From the NCBI GenBank assembly GCA_040905425.1, contig JBBDRO010000100.1:66953-130952 (forward strand): a stretch of 64,000 bases of DNA, written 5' to 3'. Position numbers and translations under genes: made by a program. Below the pieces are notes generated by a model. It made no database searches. It had not been told where the DNA came from and saw nothing but the letters and a program-made list of their open reading frames with translations. The DNA comes from Gemmatimonadota bacterium. GTDB taxonomy: Bacteria > Gemmatimonadota > Gemmatimonadetes > Longimicrobiales > RSA9. Positions 37,135-45,682 of the stretch are shown piece by piece (position 1 is the first letter of the stretch; the number at the start of each line of letters is the position of its first letter).

Positions 37135-38031
37135 ATGCCCGGTCAAGCTGAGCCCGCGCCGTCCGCCACCCCGCCGAGCGGCGTCCGTCACATGGTGGCG
37201 GCCGCCTTCTTCTTCAGCGTCATGAGCCTGCTCGTCAAGGTGGCCGGCCAGCGTCTGCCCAGCCAGGAGCTGGTGCTGGGGCGCTCGGTGATCATGCTCG
37301 GCCTGGCCGCCGCCATGGTGAAGTACCGGGGCCTCTCTTTCCTGGGTAAGCGACCCGGCCTCCTCCTCCTGCGCGGGCTGCTCGGCTTCGCCGCCCTGTC
37401 CTGCTACTACTACGCCGTGGTGCACCTGCCCCTGGCCGATGCCACCACCATCCAGTACACCAATCCGGCCTTCACCGCCGTGCTCGCGGCGCTCCTCCTG
37501 GGCGAGCACATCCGCGCCCGGGAGGCGTTGCTCGTGGGCACCAGCCTGGTGGGTGTCCTGCTGATGGCCCACCCCTCGTTCGTGTTCGGTGCCAACGGCA
37601 GCCGCCTGCCCCTCGGGGCGGTGGTCGTGGCGCTGGGCGGCGCCGTCTTCAGCGCCGGCGCGTACGTGGCCGTCCGTGAGCTGCGCCACTCCGACGATCC
37701 CTACGTCATCATCTTCTACTTCGCGCTGGTGAGCGCACTCGGCTCGCTGCTCCCCACGGCGCTCACGGCCGTGGCGCCCACGTCCCGGGAGTGGCTCCTG
37801 CTGCTGGGCATCGGCGGCAGCACGCATCTCGGCCAGCTCCTCCTCACGCGCGGCCTGGCACTCGAGCAGGCGGGCCGGGCCATGACCATCAGCTACGTAC
37901 AGATTGTCTTCGCCGCCCTCTGGGGCGCGCTGTGCTTCGGCTACGTGCCGGACGTCTGGGCGCTGGGCGGGGCCGCGCTGGTGGTGGGCGGCACGGTGGC
38001 GCTGGGGCGCGGCGCGCGGGGTGCCCCGTGA
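37135..38031 (+). CDS. DMT-superfamily (EamA) transporter
   Basis: C-terminal 298 aa of the 724-aa track ORF, from ATG 37135 (in frame). About 10 hydrophobic helices and two EamA-like halves. Confidence 0.85.
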   Translation: MPGQAEPAPSATPPSGVRHMVAAAFFFSVMSLLVKVAGQRLPSQELVLGRSVIMLGLAAAMVKYRGLSFLGKRPGLLLLRGLLGFAALSCYYYAVVHLPLADATTIQYTNPAFTAVLAALLLGEHIRAREALLVGTSLVGVLLMAHPSFVFGANGSRLPLGAVVVALGGAVFSAGAYVAVRELRHSDDPYVIIFYFALVSALGSLLPTALTAVAPTSREWLLLLGIGGSTHLGQLLLTRGLALEQAGRAMTISYVQIVFAALWGALCFGYVPDVWALGGAALVVGGTVALGRGARGAP

Positions 38032-38073
38032 CGCGAGCCCCCCGTCGCGCGCGACGGAGGGCTCGTTCGGGGA

Positions 38074-38148
38074 TGGGCGCGGAGGGATTTGAACCCCCGA
38101 CCTTCCGGGTGTAAACCGGACGCTCTGAACCAACTGAGCTACGCGCCC
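38074..38148 (-). tRNA. tRNA-Val (anticodon UAC)
   Basis: The minus strand folds as a cloverleaf by hand: acceptor GGGCGCG/CGCGCCC, D arm GCTC..GAGC, anticodon stem TCCGG/CCGGA with loop TTTACAC, T arm GGGGG-TTCAAAT-CCCTC, discriminator A. No CCA is encoded. Confidence 0.95.
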
Positions 38149-38191
38149 GCGAGGGCAAATCGTAGCGCCCGTCGGCCGCGGCGTCCAGCGC

Positions 38192-38752
38192 TCAACGCCC
38201 TCCCGGCGGGCCCGGCACCGGCTGGTGACAGGCCGCGCACACCGCGGCGCGGTAGCGCACCTGCCAGAGCGTGGGCTCGGGGGCCGGCGGCGGACCCGTA
38301 GCGGCCGCACGCTCCCAGGCGCGCGGCGGCACGCCCTCACCGCCCCCGGTGTGGCATACCAGGCAATCGTGACCGCCACCGGGGATGCGGGCATCGTGGG
38401 GATCATGGCAGCGCATGCAGTTGGCCAGCACGGTAGGCGGATGGCCGCCGTGGAAGGGAGTCAGCGTTCCGGGGAAGGCATGGCATCCGGCGGATGTGCA
38501 GGTGGCCACCGCATCGGCCAGGCTCGGCTGCACGAAGAGGTCGTGGCAGGTGGCACACACCGCGCCGTGCGGCTCGTCGCGGGGCACGGGGGTGGTCAGG
38601 CACTGCCCCGGCTGATCGCTCAGGCAGCGCAGGTCTTCGACGCCGCGCTGCGGCTGCTGCGCCTGCTGCGCCGCCAGCGGCCCGCCGGCGGACGACACCA
38701 CCGTCAGGAGCACCGCAACGTGCCCGGCGGCCCGCTTCATCCCGCCCCTCAT
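38192..38752 (-). CDS. Small multiheme c-type cytochrome (five heme-binding motifs), exported
   Basis: Motifs CATCH, CTSAGCH (CX4CH), CMRCH, CLVCH and CAACH. Signal-like MKRAAGHVAVLLTVVSSAGGPLAAQ. Start chosen at 38752 (MRGGMK), which lies behind GGGAGG. Confidence 0.75.
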   Translation of the reverse strand: MRGGMKRAAGHVAVLLTVVSSAGGPLAAQQAQQPQRGVEDLRCLSDQPGQCLTTPVPRDEPHGAVCATCHDLFVQPSLADAVATCTSAGCHAFPGTLTPFHGGHPPTVLANCMRCHDPHDARIPGGGHDCLVCHTGGGEGVPPRAWERAAATGPPPAPEPTLWQVRYRAAVCAACHQPVPGPPGGR

Positions 38753-38950
38753 GGTTCCGCCTCCCTTCTCCGTCCCCGACGCCCGCACCGGGTACACCCA
38801 AAACTACGACGCGGCGGCGGCCGATCACATGGGAGGTTTTCCGGAATCGGTGTGGGGAGCTTTCCGGCTCCTGTGGGCCGGCTCGATGCGCACGCGCGCG
38901 TGTGCCCGATGCAGTGTGACGGGCGCCCCCGGCGGTGCCGGAGAGCGTGG

Positions 38951-39166
38951 CTAGCGGATGATGCCCAGCGGCAGGAGAACCGCGTAGCCGAGCACCAGCA
39001 GCAGCGGCGCGCCGACCGTGGAGCCACCCGCCAGCAGCACGTAGCCGGCCACCACGGCGAGCAGCCCGGCCACGAGCAGTACGGCGTTCACGGTGGAGAA
39101 TTCCAGCGAGCCCCGTTGCTGATCGGGGCGGGTTGGCTTCGCGCGCGTGCCGGTGCGTATATTCAT
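38951..39166 (-). CDS. Small two-TM membrane protein (71 aa), last gene of the che/mgl operon
   Basis: MNIRTGTRAKPTRPDQQRGSLEFSTVNAVLLVAGLLAVVAGYVLLAGGSTVGAPLLLVLGYAVLLPLGIIR. It lies 32 nt after the upstream peptidase gene. The rest of the 348-aa track ORF is antisense artefact. Confidence 0.5.
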   Translation of the reverse strand: MNIRTGTRAKPTRPDQQRGSLEFSTVNAVLLVAGLLAVVAGYVLLAGGSTVGAPLLLVLGYAVLLPLGIIR

Positions 39167-39198
39167 GCGCCGGAAACTGGCGGCGCTACGGGCGGCGG

Positions 39199-40230
39199 TC
39201 AAGGTGGCGGCTGTCCCGAGGGTGGCGGCGGTGGCGGCGGTGGTGGCGCTGTCCCGGGGTCCTCTCCCAACCAGTAGGCGGGTCGATCGGGAAGCTCGCT
39301 GGCGCGCAGGCGCTCCAGCCGCTCGCGGTTGCGGCGCCGCCGCAGGTAGGTGAGCGCCACCACCAGCACGGCCAGGAAGGCCCACAGCACCACGCTCTGC
39401 GCCAGAAAGACCAGCCAGCCGTAGCGGCTCCGCACCCGCTCCAGCCAGAGCCGCTCGAACTGCGTGGAGGAGACAGCGTACGTGGCGCGCATGGCCTGCT
39501 CGAAGGAACCCGTGGCCCGCCAGCGCTCCAGGAACGGTCCGAAGCCGCTCCCCCCGCCCTGCTCCGCCAGGTAGCGGACGGCATCGGCGGCCAGGAGGTA
39601 GGCCACCCGGGCCTGGCTGGTCCCGCGCGGCCAGGCCAGCGTGAGCTCGTCCAGCGACGGGGCGCTGCCGGTCAGGAACGCCACCCTGAGCATCCATCCC
39701 GCCGCCGGATCCAGCTCGCCCGCGGCCCACGTGGCGTACCCCTCGGAGAACCAGCGCGGTACCGCCGCGCGGCCCACCCGACGCTGCAACCCCACGTGCG
39801 CCAGTTCGTGCTTGAGAATGCGGGCCAGCTCGTTCATGGCGGCCGTACGCGGCGCGTGCAGGGGCAGCACGATGCGGCCCTCGAAGGGCAGCGCCACCCC
39901 CGCGCCCCACTCGGGGACCTGGCCGCCGGTCAACGCGTCGAAGGCCGCCTCGTCGGCCACCAGATGGATGTCCACCGTGTCGCCGCCCGGCCACCACCCC
40001 GCGGGGAAGCCGGGCAGCGGCAGGGCGTCCACCGCGCTCGCCAGCAGACGTTCGGCCAGTTCCCGCGCGGCGGCCGGCGCATACATGCGCATGCCGGGCC
40101 CGCGCAGCACGATGGTGGCGTCCTCCTGCCGGGCACCCGGTGCCGCGCGCCCGCCGAGGGGGGCAGCGGCGAAGAGCAGGAGAACGGCCGCGGCAACGAC
40201 CCCCGTGCGGCGCGGACTACGCCTGCGCAC
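39199..40230 (-). CDS. Membrane-anchored HEXXH zinc peptidase (peptidase MA-like) with a poly-Pro C-terminus
   Basis: Signal-like N-terminus, HELAH...WFSEGYA, a TM segment (YGWLVFLAQSVVLWAFLAVLVVALTYL), and a PPPPPPPPPSGQPPP tail. The start overlaps the cheB stop by 14 nt. Confidence 0.65.
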   Translation of the reverse strand: MRRRSPRRTGVVAAAVLLLFAAAPLGGRAAPGARQEDATIVLRGPGMRMYAPAAARELAERLLASAVDALPLPGFPAGWWPGGDTVDIHLVADEAAFDALTGGQVPEWGAGVALPFEGRIVLPLHAPRTAAMNELARILKHELAHVGLQRRVGRAAVPRWFSEGYATWAAGELDPAAGWMLRVAFLTGSAPSLDELTLAWPRGTSQARVAYLLAADAVRYLAEQGGGSGFGPFLERWRATGSFEQAMRATYAVSSTQFERLWLERVRSRYGWLVFLAQSVVLWAFLAVLVVALTYLRRRRNRERLERLRASELPDRPAYWLGEDPGTAPPPPPPPPPSGQPPP

Positions 40231-40867
40231 GGCGGGCCAGGAGCCGCATCCTGGTGACCACGGCGGCGCCCAGTTCGCTCAGCGGCAGGACGAGCTGCGC
40301 GTGCTCCGCGGCGGCGCGCGGCATGCTGCCCATGGTGGCGCTGGCCTCGTCCTGCGCCACGGTCCAGCCCCCCGCCTCCCGGATGGCGCGCATGCCCTCC
40401 GCGCCATCCCTCCCCATGCCCGTCAGCACCACGCCCGCCCCCGCCGGACCGAAGTGGCTCGCCACGGCGTGGAACAACAGGTCGGCCGTGGGGCGTAGGC
40501 CGCCCACGGGGTCCCCGTCGAGCGCCGTGAAGACCACGCCGGCCGCCGTCCTGGCCAGACCCAGATGCGCACCGCCCGGCGCCAGGTAGACGGTGCCGGA
40601 GCGGACAAGTTCTCCCGGCACGGCCTGGCGTACCGGGAGCGGCGTCAGGCCGTTCAGCCGGGCCGTGAGGGAGCGTGTAAAGAAGGCCGGGATGTGCTGG
40701 ATGACGATCACGGCGGCGGGAAAATCACCGGGCAGCTCGGCGATCAGGCGGGCCAGTGCGGAGGGCCCACCGGTGGAGGCGGCCACGGCCACCGCCGCGA
40801 CCGCCGGGGCCGATGCCGCCGGATCGGCATGCGGCGGCGACCCCCGGGTGGACTCAGAGTTCGACAT
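40217..40867 (-). CDS. cheB: Chemotaxis methylesterase CheB, catalytic domain only (no receiver domain)
   Basis: AVAASTGGPSAL, IVIQHIP and LTGMGRDGAEG; 216 aa. The ORF has no room for an N-terminal REC domain. Confidence 0.9.
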   Translation of the reverse strand: MSNSESTRGSPPHADPAASAPAVAAVAVAASTGGPSALARLIAELPGDFPAAVIVIQHIPAFFTRSLTARLNGLTPLPVRQAVPGELVRSGTVYLAPGGAHLGLARTAAGVVFTALDGDPVGGLRPTADLLFHAVASHFGPAGAGVVLTGMGRDGAEGMRAIREAGGWTVAQDEASATMGSMPRAAAEHAQLVLPLSELGAAVVTRMRLLARRAQA

Positions 40868-41345
40868 CGGGCGCTCGCATGGAGCTTACCAGGAGGCGGC
40901 CGTCGGTCGTGTGCAGGAAGACCGAGCGGCCGTAGCCGCCGCCCACGTCCTTGGCCACGAGCGGGATGCGGACAGCATCGAGCGCGCGCGTGGCGGCTGC
41001 CACATTGCGCTGTCCCAGGTTGCGGCGGTGCTCCTCCGCCACCGATTCGAACATGCTGGCCCCGCCAACCAGGCGGGCGCGCAGGCGGCCCGGGGCCGCG
41101 CCAGCCGTACGCATCTGGTCGATCAGGACCTGCACCGCTGTGGCGGCAAAGCGTCCCAGGGGCGTGGGGCGCCGTCCATCGGCGGGATCGGGCAGCATGG
41201 CGTGGGCCATCCCGCCCACACGGGCCTCCGGGTCCCACAGGGTGATGGCCACGCAGGATCCCAGACCCAGCGCACAGAGCACCTCCCCGCTACGCCCCAC
41301 CTTCACCTCGCCGATGCGGACGGGGACGCGAATGGGCCGCGTCAT
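40854..41345 (-). CDS. cheD: Chemoreceptor glutamine deamidase CheD
   Basis: LCALGLGSCVAITLWDPEARVGGMAHAMLP, and a ...GGYGRSVF end; 163 aa. Confidence 0.9.
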   Translation of the reverse strand: MTRPIRVPVRIGEVKVGRSGEVLCALGLGSCVAITLWDPEARVGGMAHAMLPDPADGRRPTPLGRFAATAVQVLIDQMRTAGAAPGRLRARLVGGASMFESVAEEHRRNLGQRNVAAATRALDAVRIPLVAKDVGGGYGRSVFLHTTDGRLLVSSMRAPDVEL

Positions 41346-42259
41346 GTACGGCGGTACACGCGTTCACGCGGGGCCACCGGGCTGAACAGTCCCGTGGCGC
41401 TACCGAAGAGGGCCTCCACCTTCCCCAGCACCAGGAATCCCCCTGGCGCCAGAGCCGCGTGAAGGCGGCGGAAGAGATCCTCCTGCACCCGCCGTTCGAA
41501 GTAGATGATCACGTTCCGGCAGAGGATGAGGTGCTGCTCGCGTGGGAAGGGATCGCGTAGCAGATCCAGCGGCCGGAAACGAACCCTGGCGTGCAGTTGC
41601 TCGTCGACCGTGCGTTGATCAGGGCCGCCGAACCAGCGCCGGCGCCGTCCCGCATCCAGATCACCCATGGCATACTCGGCGTAGGTTCCGGAGGCGGCCG
41701 CGGCCAGCGCACCGCGGTCCACGTCGGTGGCCAGAATGCGGCAACGCTGCGGCTCCAGGCTGCCAGCACTCTCCTCCACGAGCATGGCCAGCGAATAGGC
41801 TTCCTCGCCCGCCGCGGTGCCCGCGCTCCACAGCCGTACCTCGCCCCGGACCACGGCCAGCTCCGGGACCACCGCATCACGCAGGACCTTCCAGACCTCC
41901 GGATTGCGGAGAAACTTGCTCACGTTGATGGTCACGGCGTTCAGGAGCCGCTCGAGTTCCTCCGGCTGGCCCTCGAGCAACCGCTGGTAGGCGGCGTAAT
42001 CGTGCACACCACAGGCACGCATGCGCACGGCCACGCGGCGCCGCATGCAGCGCTCCTTGTAGCTGGCGCACGCCAGGCCGGTGCGGTTCTCCACGTAGCC
42101 CAGGAGGGCACCCAGCTCCGCCACTTCACGCTCGGTCAGCGGACCGTGCGCCAGCGGGAGGATGGCGTTCGGAGCGGCCCGGCGGTCCGCGGGCGGACGG
42201 ACCACGCGGCCCGCCCGCGGGGGCGGCGTGGCGCCGTTGGCGCGCTCCTCAGCCGGCAT
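41342..42259 (-). CDS. cheR: Chemotaxis protein methyltransferase CheR
   Basis: Start at MPAEERANG. The CheR N-domain is followed by a SAM domain (RLWSAGTAAGEEAYSLAMLV, ILCRNVIIYF). Confidence 0.9.
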   Translation of the reverse strand: MPAEERANGATPPPRAGRVVRPPADRRAAPNAILPLAHGPLTEREVAELGALLGYVENRTGLACASYKERCMRRRVAVRMRACGVHDYAAYQRLLEGQPEELERLLNAVTINVSKFLRNPEVWKVLRDAVVPELAVVRGEVRLWSAGTAAGEEAYSLAMLVEESAGSLEPQRCRILATDVDRGALAAAASGTYAEYAMGDLDAGRRRRWFGGPDQRTVDEQLHARVRFRPLDLLRDPFPREQHLILCRNVIIYFERRVQEDLFRRLHAALAPGGFLVLGKVEALFGSATGLFSPVAPRERVYRRT

Positions 42260-43868
42260 GCTCCACGATCTCCAGATTGTTGCGCACCACGCGATTGTGC
42301 GGGTTGAGCTCCAGGGCGCGGGTCCAGTGGCGCACCGCCTCCTCCCGCTGCCGTCCCTTGTAGAGCACATTGCCCATCTTGGCGTGCAGGTCATCCCCCA
42401 GGTCGGGATCCAGCTCGGCGGCGCGCTGATAGTGCTCCAGGGCGTCCTCGTGGAGGCCGCGCCGATAGATCACGTCCCCCAGGTTCTTGTGTGCCTGCGC
42501 CAGGCCGGGCTCTTCCTCTGAAGCGCGCCGATAACAGGCCTCCGCATGATCCAGGTTGCCACGCCGCTCGTGCACCAGCCCAGCCAGGAGGTGGACAGAG
42601 GCGGCATTGGGATGCGCCTCGACCGCCTCACCGGCCAGCGCGGCGGCACGGTCCAGGTCCCCGCCAAGCGCCGCAGCGAGCCCCGCGAAATGGTAGTACT
42701 GGGGAGAGGGCACCGCCGTGCCCAGCCGCCTGCGATACTCGGCATAGGCCTCGGCCGCTTCCGCGGGCCGCAGGGCATGGGTGAGCGTGAGGCCGCGTGC
42801 CAGCGCCACGGTCGGCGTGCCCGCCCGCAGCGTCTCCGCCTCATCCAGCACCAGGAGAGCGTCATCGAAGCGCTCCAGCGCGCGTAGGGAAACGGCCAGA
42901 TTCACGAAGGCGGCGAACTGCGGGCCGTGATCCTCCAGCAGGGACTTGAGCTGCCGCACCGCGGCGCGGTGGCGGCCGTCGCGCATGGCGGACAGCGCCA
43001 GATGGAAGCGGGCGGAGAGATCGTGCGGTTCCAGTTCCAGCACCCGCCCGAACTCACGCTGCGCATCCTCCAGCATGCCTGCGCGGAAGAACGCGGTCCC
43101 CAGGTTGCGGCGCTCCGCCAACTCCGCCGCCTTGCCGCGGCCACCCTCCTTTTCCTTGCGGCGCCCCACCCGATGGCAGAATCCCGCCTGGATGAGGCCG
43201 AAGAGCGCCTGCCCCACGGTGAACTCCACCAGCCCGCTCTCGTCCACCAGATCCTGAACGCTGCGCTCCCCGTCCAGCAGCAGGACAATGCGCTGCTGCT
43301 CCGCGGTGAGTTCCACATCGGAGGTGAGCAAACGCTCACTCTCCACTTCGAAGACCAGATCCAGGGAGGGGATCTTCTTCTCGATCAGGCTCCACTCGTC
43401 CACCCGGCGGGCGGCCTCCAGCAGGAGACTCTCCGGATTGATGGACACCAGGATGTCCGCCGAGTCGGGCTGCTCCCCCACCTCGAAGTAGAAGCTGCCG
43501 CGCGACCAGGTGAAGAGATGGTAGATGGCCTCTTCGATCTGCAGCCGGACGTAGCGCTCCAGATCCGCGCTGGTGATGTGGCCCTGCTCCACGAGCAGCT
43601 CTCCCACGCGGCGGTCAGGCTGCTGTGTCTGCAGCGCCAGTACCGCCTCGAGCTGCTCCTGCGTGAGGACGTCGTCGCGCACCAGGAGATCACCCAGGCG
43701 GTCCCGTCGGTTCACGACCTGTGCATACGTGATGCGGCCGGCTTCGAAGTAGATCTGACCGAAGCGCGAGCGATCCGTAACGGAAAGGCAACCGGTCTTC
43801 TGACCGAGCGCCAGGAGCTGGCACACGTCGGCCAGACTGGCCTCCTTCAGACTCCCCTTGATGGCCAT
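42249..43868 (-). CDS. PATAN (DUF4388) domain protein with a helical insertion and C-terminal TPR repeats (paralogue 2)
   Basis: Start at MAIKGSLKEASLADVCQLLALGQKTGCLSV. It has an inserted LGDLLVRDDVLTQEQLEAVLALQ / VGELLVEQGHITSADLERY repeat, then TPRs (VLELEPHDLSARFHLA, AAELDPDLGDDLHAKMG, ALELNPHN). Confidence 0.75.
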   Translation of the reverse strand: MAIKGSLKEASLADVCQLLALGQKTGCLSVTDRSRFGQIYFEAGRITYAQVVNRRDRLGDLLVRDDVLTQEQLEAVLALQTQQPDRRVGELLVEQGHITSADLERYVRLQIEEAIYHLFTWSRGSFYFEVGEQPDSADILVSINPESLLLEAARRVDEWSLIEKKIPSLDLVFEVESERLLTSDVELTAEQQRIVLLLDGERSVQDLVDESGLVEFTVGQALFGLIQAGFCHRVGRRKEKEGGRGKAAELAERRNLGTAFFRAGMLEDAQREFGRVLELEPHDLSARFHLALSAMRDGRHRAAVRQLKSLLEDHGPQFAAFVNLAVSLRALERFDDALLVLDEAETLRAGTPTVALARGLTLTHALRPAEAAEAYAEYRRRLGTAVPSPQYYHFAGLAAALGGDLDRAAALAGEAVEAHPNAASVHLLAGLVHERRGNLDHAEACYRRASEEEPGLAQAHKNLGDVIYRRGLHEDALEHYQRAAELDPDLGDDLHAKMGNVLYKGRQREEAVRHWTRALELNPHNRVVRNNLEIVEHAG

Positions 43869-43890
43869 CAGCCGCCTTCCTTCCGGCGCC

Positions 43891-45675
43891 TCATTCGCCC
43901 TCCTCCAGCGGTACGTCCTGATGGCCGGGCCAGTCCCAGAGCGCCTTTTCACGGCTCGTGAACCAGTGGTCCAGCGCCCCCCCCCGCCCCACCAGGGCGC
44001 CAGCTTCCCGCGGCGCGGGATCGGCGATGGGACGCAGACCCGCTGGCGCGGCCACCGGCTCCGTCCCGGAGGCCTCCTCATCCACGCTGCCGGAGGCGGT
44101 GAGTTCCACCACCAGCCCGGTCTCGAGGCGCCCACGGAGCCGATCCTCCAGGCCGTCGATCAAAGCCGGCGGGCCGGCGGCGCTGAAGAGCAGACGGGCC
44201 CCCGCACGACGTAGATGGTCGAAGAGGTGGAAGAGCTCCTCCTGGGCGCCCTCGGTGTCCGCCAACTCGTCCACGTCGGGCATGACCAGTACCCCCACCC
44301 GGCGCAGCCGGGCGCGCCAGGCCTCTACACCGTCGTGACCGAGCGCGTCCACCAGTTCGGAAGCAAATTCACGGCCTGGCAGCCAGGCCACGGTGAGCCC
44401 CTTCTGCAATTCCGCGATCTCGCGTGCCACGGCGGCCAGCACACGCTCGGCCAGTTCCCGGTCCCCGTGCAGGAAGTAGGGCACGTACCGGTCTCCGGTC
44501 CCCTGGGCCACCGCCGCACCGGCGCGCACGGCAAGATGGTTGGCGGGCAACGGCAACTCGGCCAACGTGGGCCCGGGTGGCGGCCGGGGCACGGGACGGG
44601 TGCGCGCCTGCACGGCCACCAGCAGTCCTTCCGCCTCCGTCACCCGCGCCGGGTCGCGCAGCACGTCGGTGCGCTCCAGCTCCGGGGCGTCACCCTCCGC
44701 TTCACGAATGAGGCGGGCCACGGTGCGCAGCCGCTCCACGCGTGACGCGAACCCCGTCAGGAACGCCTCCACCGCGGCCTCGGCCGGCGGGCTCGCCAAC
44801 GCCTCCTCAAGCAGGCGGGTGCGGAAGCCCTCCCCCTCCCAGCGGAGGATGGCCTCGGCCAGTTTGGCCTCGCTGCCGCCCGGCGAGACCACCTGACCGA
44901 TCGTGCCGGTGATCTCCGTCAGGAAGGCGCCGAACTCGTCGGGACCGCGCCGGTCCAGGGCCAGGCCGAGGAGACGACCCGCCTCCTCCATGCTCACCTG
45001 GCGGCCCTCCAGTTCCTGGATGGCCAGGATCCGGTTGAGTGCGCCCTGCAGCTCCCGCACGTTCGCGAAGGCGCCGCGCGCCAGGGCCTCCGTCACCCCA
45101 TCGCCGAGGGCCTGCCCGCGCTCCTCCGCCTTGCGGCGCACGATGGCCGCGCGGGTCTCCATGTCAGGCGGTGCCAGATCCGCTATAAGCCCCCCGGAGA
45201 AGCGGCTGAGGAGCCGATCGTCCAGTTCGTCGATCTCCGTGGGCGGACGGTCGCTGGCCAGCACCACCTGCCCGCCGCGCGACGCCATGCCGTCCCACGC
45301 CCGCAGCAACTCCTCCTGAACGGCTCGCCGTCCCGCCAGGAACTGGATATCGTCGAGCAGGAGGAGATCCGCGGCGTGGATCCGCTCCCGGAAGGCATCG
45401 CGCTGCCCGGACCGGATGGCACTCATCACGCCCTCCACCAGATGCTCCATGGTGTCGTAGGTGATGCGCAGGTCCGGATGGATGGTGCGCGTATGCTGCC
45501 CGATGGCCATGACCAGGTGCGTCTTGCCCAGCCCCGAGGCACTGTAGAGGAAGAGCGGGTTGTAGGCGGAGCCGGGCGTGTCGGCAACGCGCCGCGCTGC
45601 CGCAGCCGCGAGACGATTGGACGTCCCGACAATGAAGCTCTCGAAGGTGAGACGAGGGTCCAGCTCCAGCGACAT
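43891..45675 (-). CDS. DnaA-domain-III (Hda-like) AAA+ ATPase, internally duplicated, lacking DnaA domains I, II and IV
   Basis: The N-half aligns by eye to DnaA domain III: LDPRLTFESFIVGTSNRLAAAAARRVAD, Walker A SASGLGKTH, Walker B LLLLDDIQF, box VII DRLLSRF, sensor 2 NVRELQGALNRI. Residues around 395-560 repeat the same order with the P-loop lost. No DnaA signature or HTH is present. Confidence 0.85.
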   Translation of the reverse strand: MSLELDPRLTFESFIVGTSNRLAAAAARRVADTPGSAYNPLFLYSASGLGKTHLVMAIGQHTRTIHPDLRITYDTMEHLVEGVMSAIRSGQRDAFRERIHAADLLLLDDIQFLAGRRAVQEELLRAWDGMASRGGQVVLASDRPPTEIDELDDRLLSRFSGGLIADLAPPDMETRAAIVRRKAEERGQALGDGVTEALARGAFANVRELQGALNRILAIQELEGRQVSMEEAGRLLGLALDRRGPDEFGAFLTEITGTIGQVVSPGGSEAKLAEAILRWEGEGFRTRLLEEALASPPAEAAVEAFLTGFASRVERLRTVARLIREAEGDAPELERTDVLRDPARVTEAEGLLVAVQARTRPVPRPPPGPTLAELPLPANHLAVRAGAAVAQGTGDRYVPYFLHGDRELAERVLAAVAREIAELQKGLTVAWLPGREFASELVDALGHDGVEAWRARLRRVGVLVMPDVDELADTEGAQEELFHLFDHLRRAGARLLFSAAGPPALIDGLEDRLRGRLETGLVVELTASGSVDEEASGTEPVAAPAGLRPIADPAPREAGALVGRGGALDHWFTSREKALWDWPGHQDVPLEEGE

Positions 45676-45682
45676 TGCTCTC

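Noticed and set aside
35857-38031. 724-aa plus-strand ORF
   Set aside because: The first ~425 aa are antisense to the M1 peptidase gene, which has a clear HEXXH-18-E motif. Only the EamA transporter part from ATG 37135 was kept.
38798-38950. Hairpin-like GC palindromes (for example gcacacgcgcgcgtgcgc) as the terminator of the che/mgl operon
   Set aside because: The pairing is imperfect, there is no loop and no U-tract. I could not support an intrinsic terminator call from sequence alone.
43891-45675. Reading the DnaA-like gene as the chromosomal replication initiator, and the locus as oriC
   Set aside because: There is no domain IV (DNA-binding) or domain I, no adjacent dnaN/recF/gyrB, and I saw no cluster of TTATCCACA-like boxes or an AT-rich unwinding element nearby.
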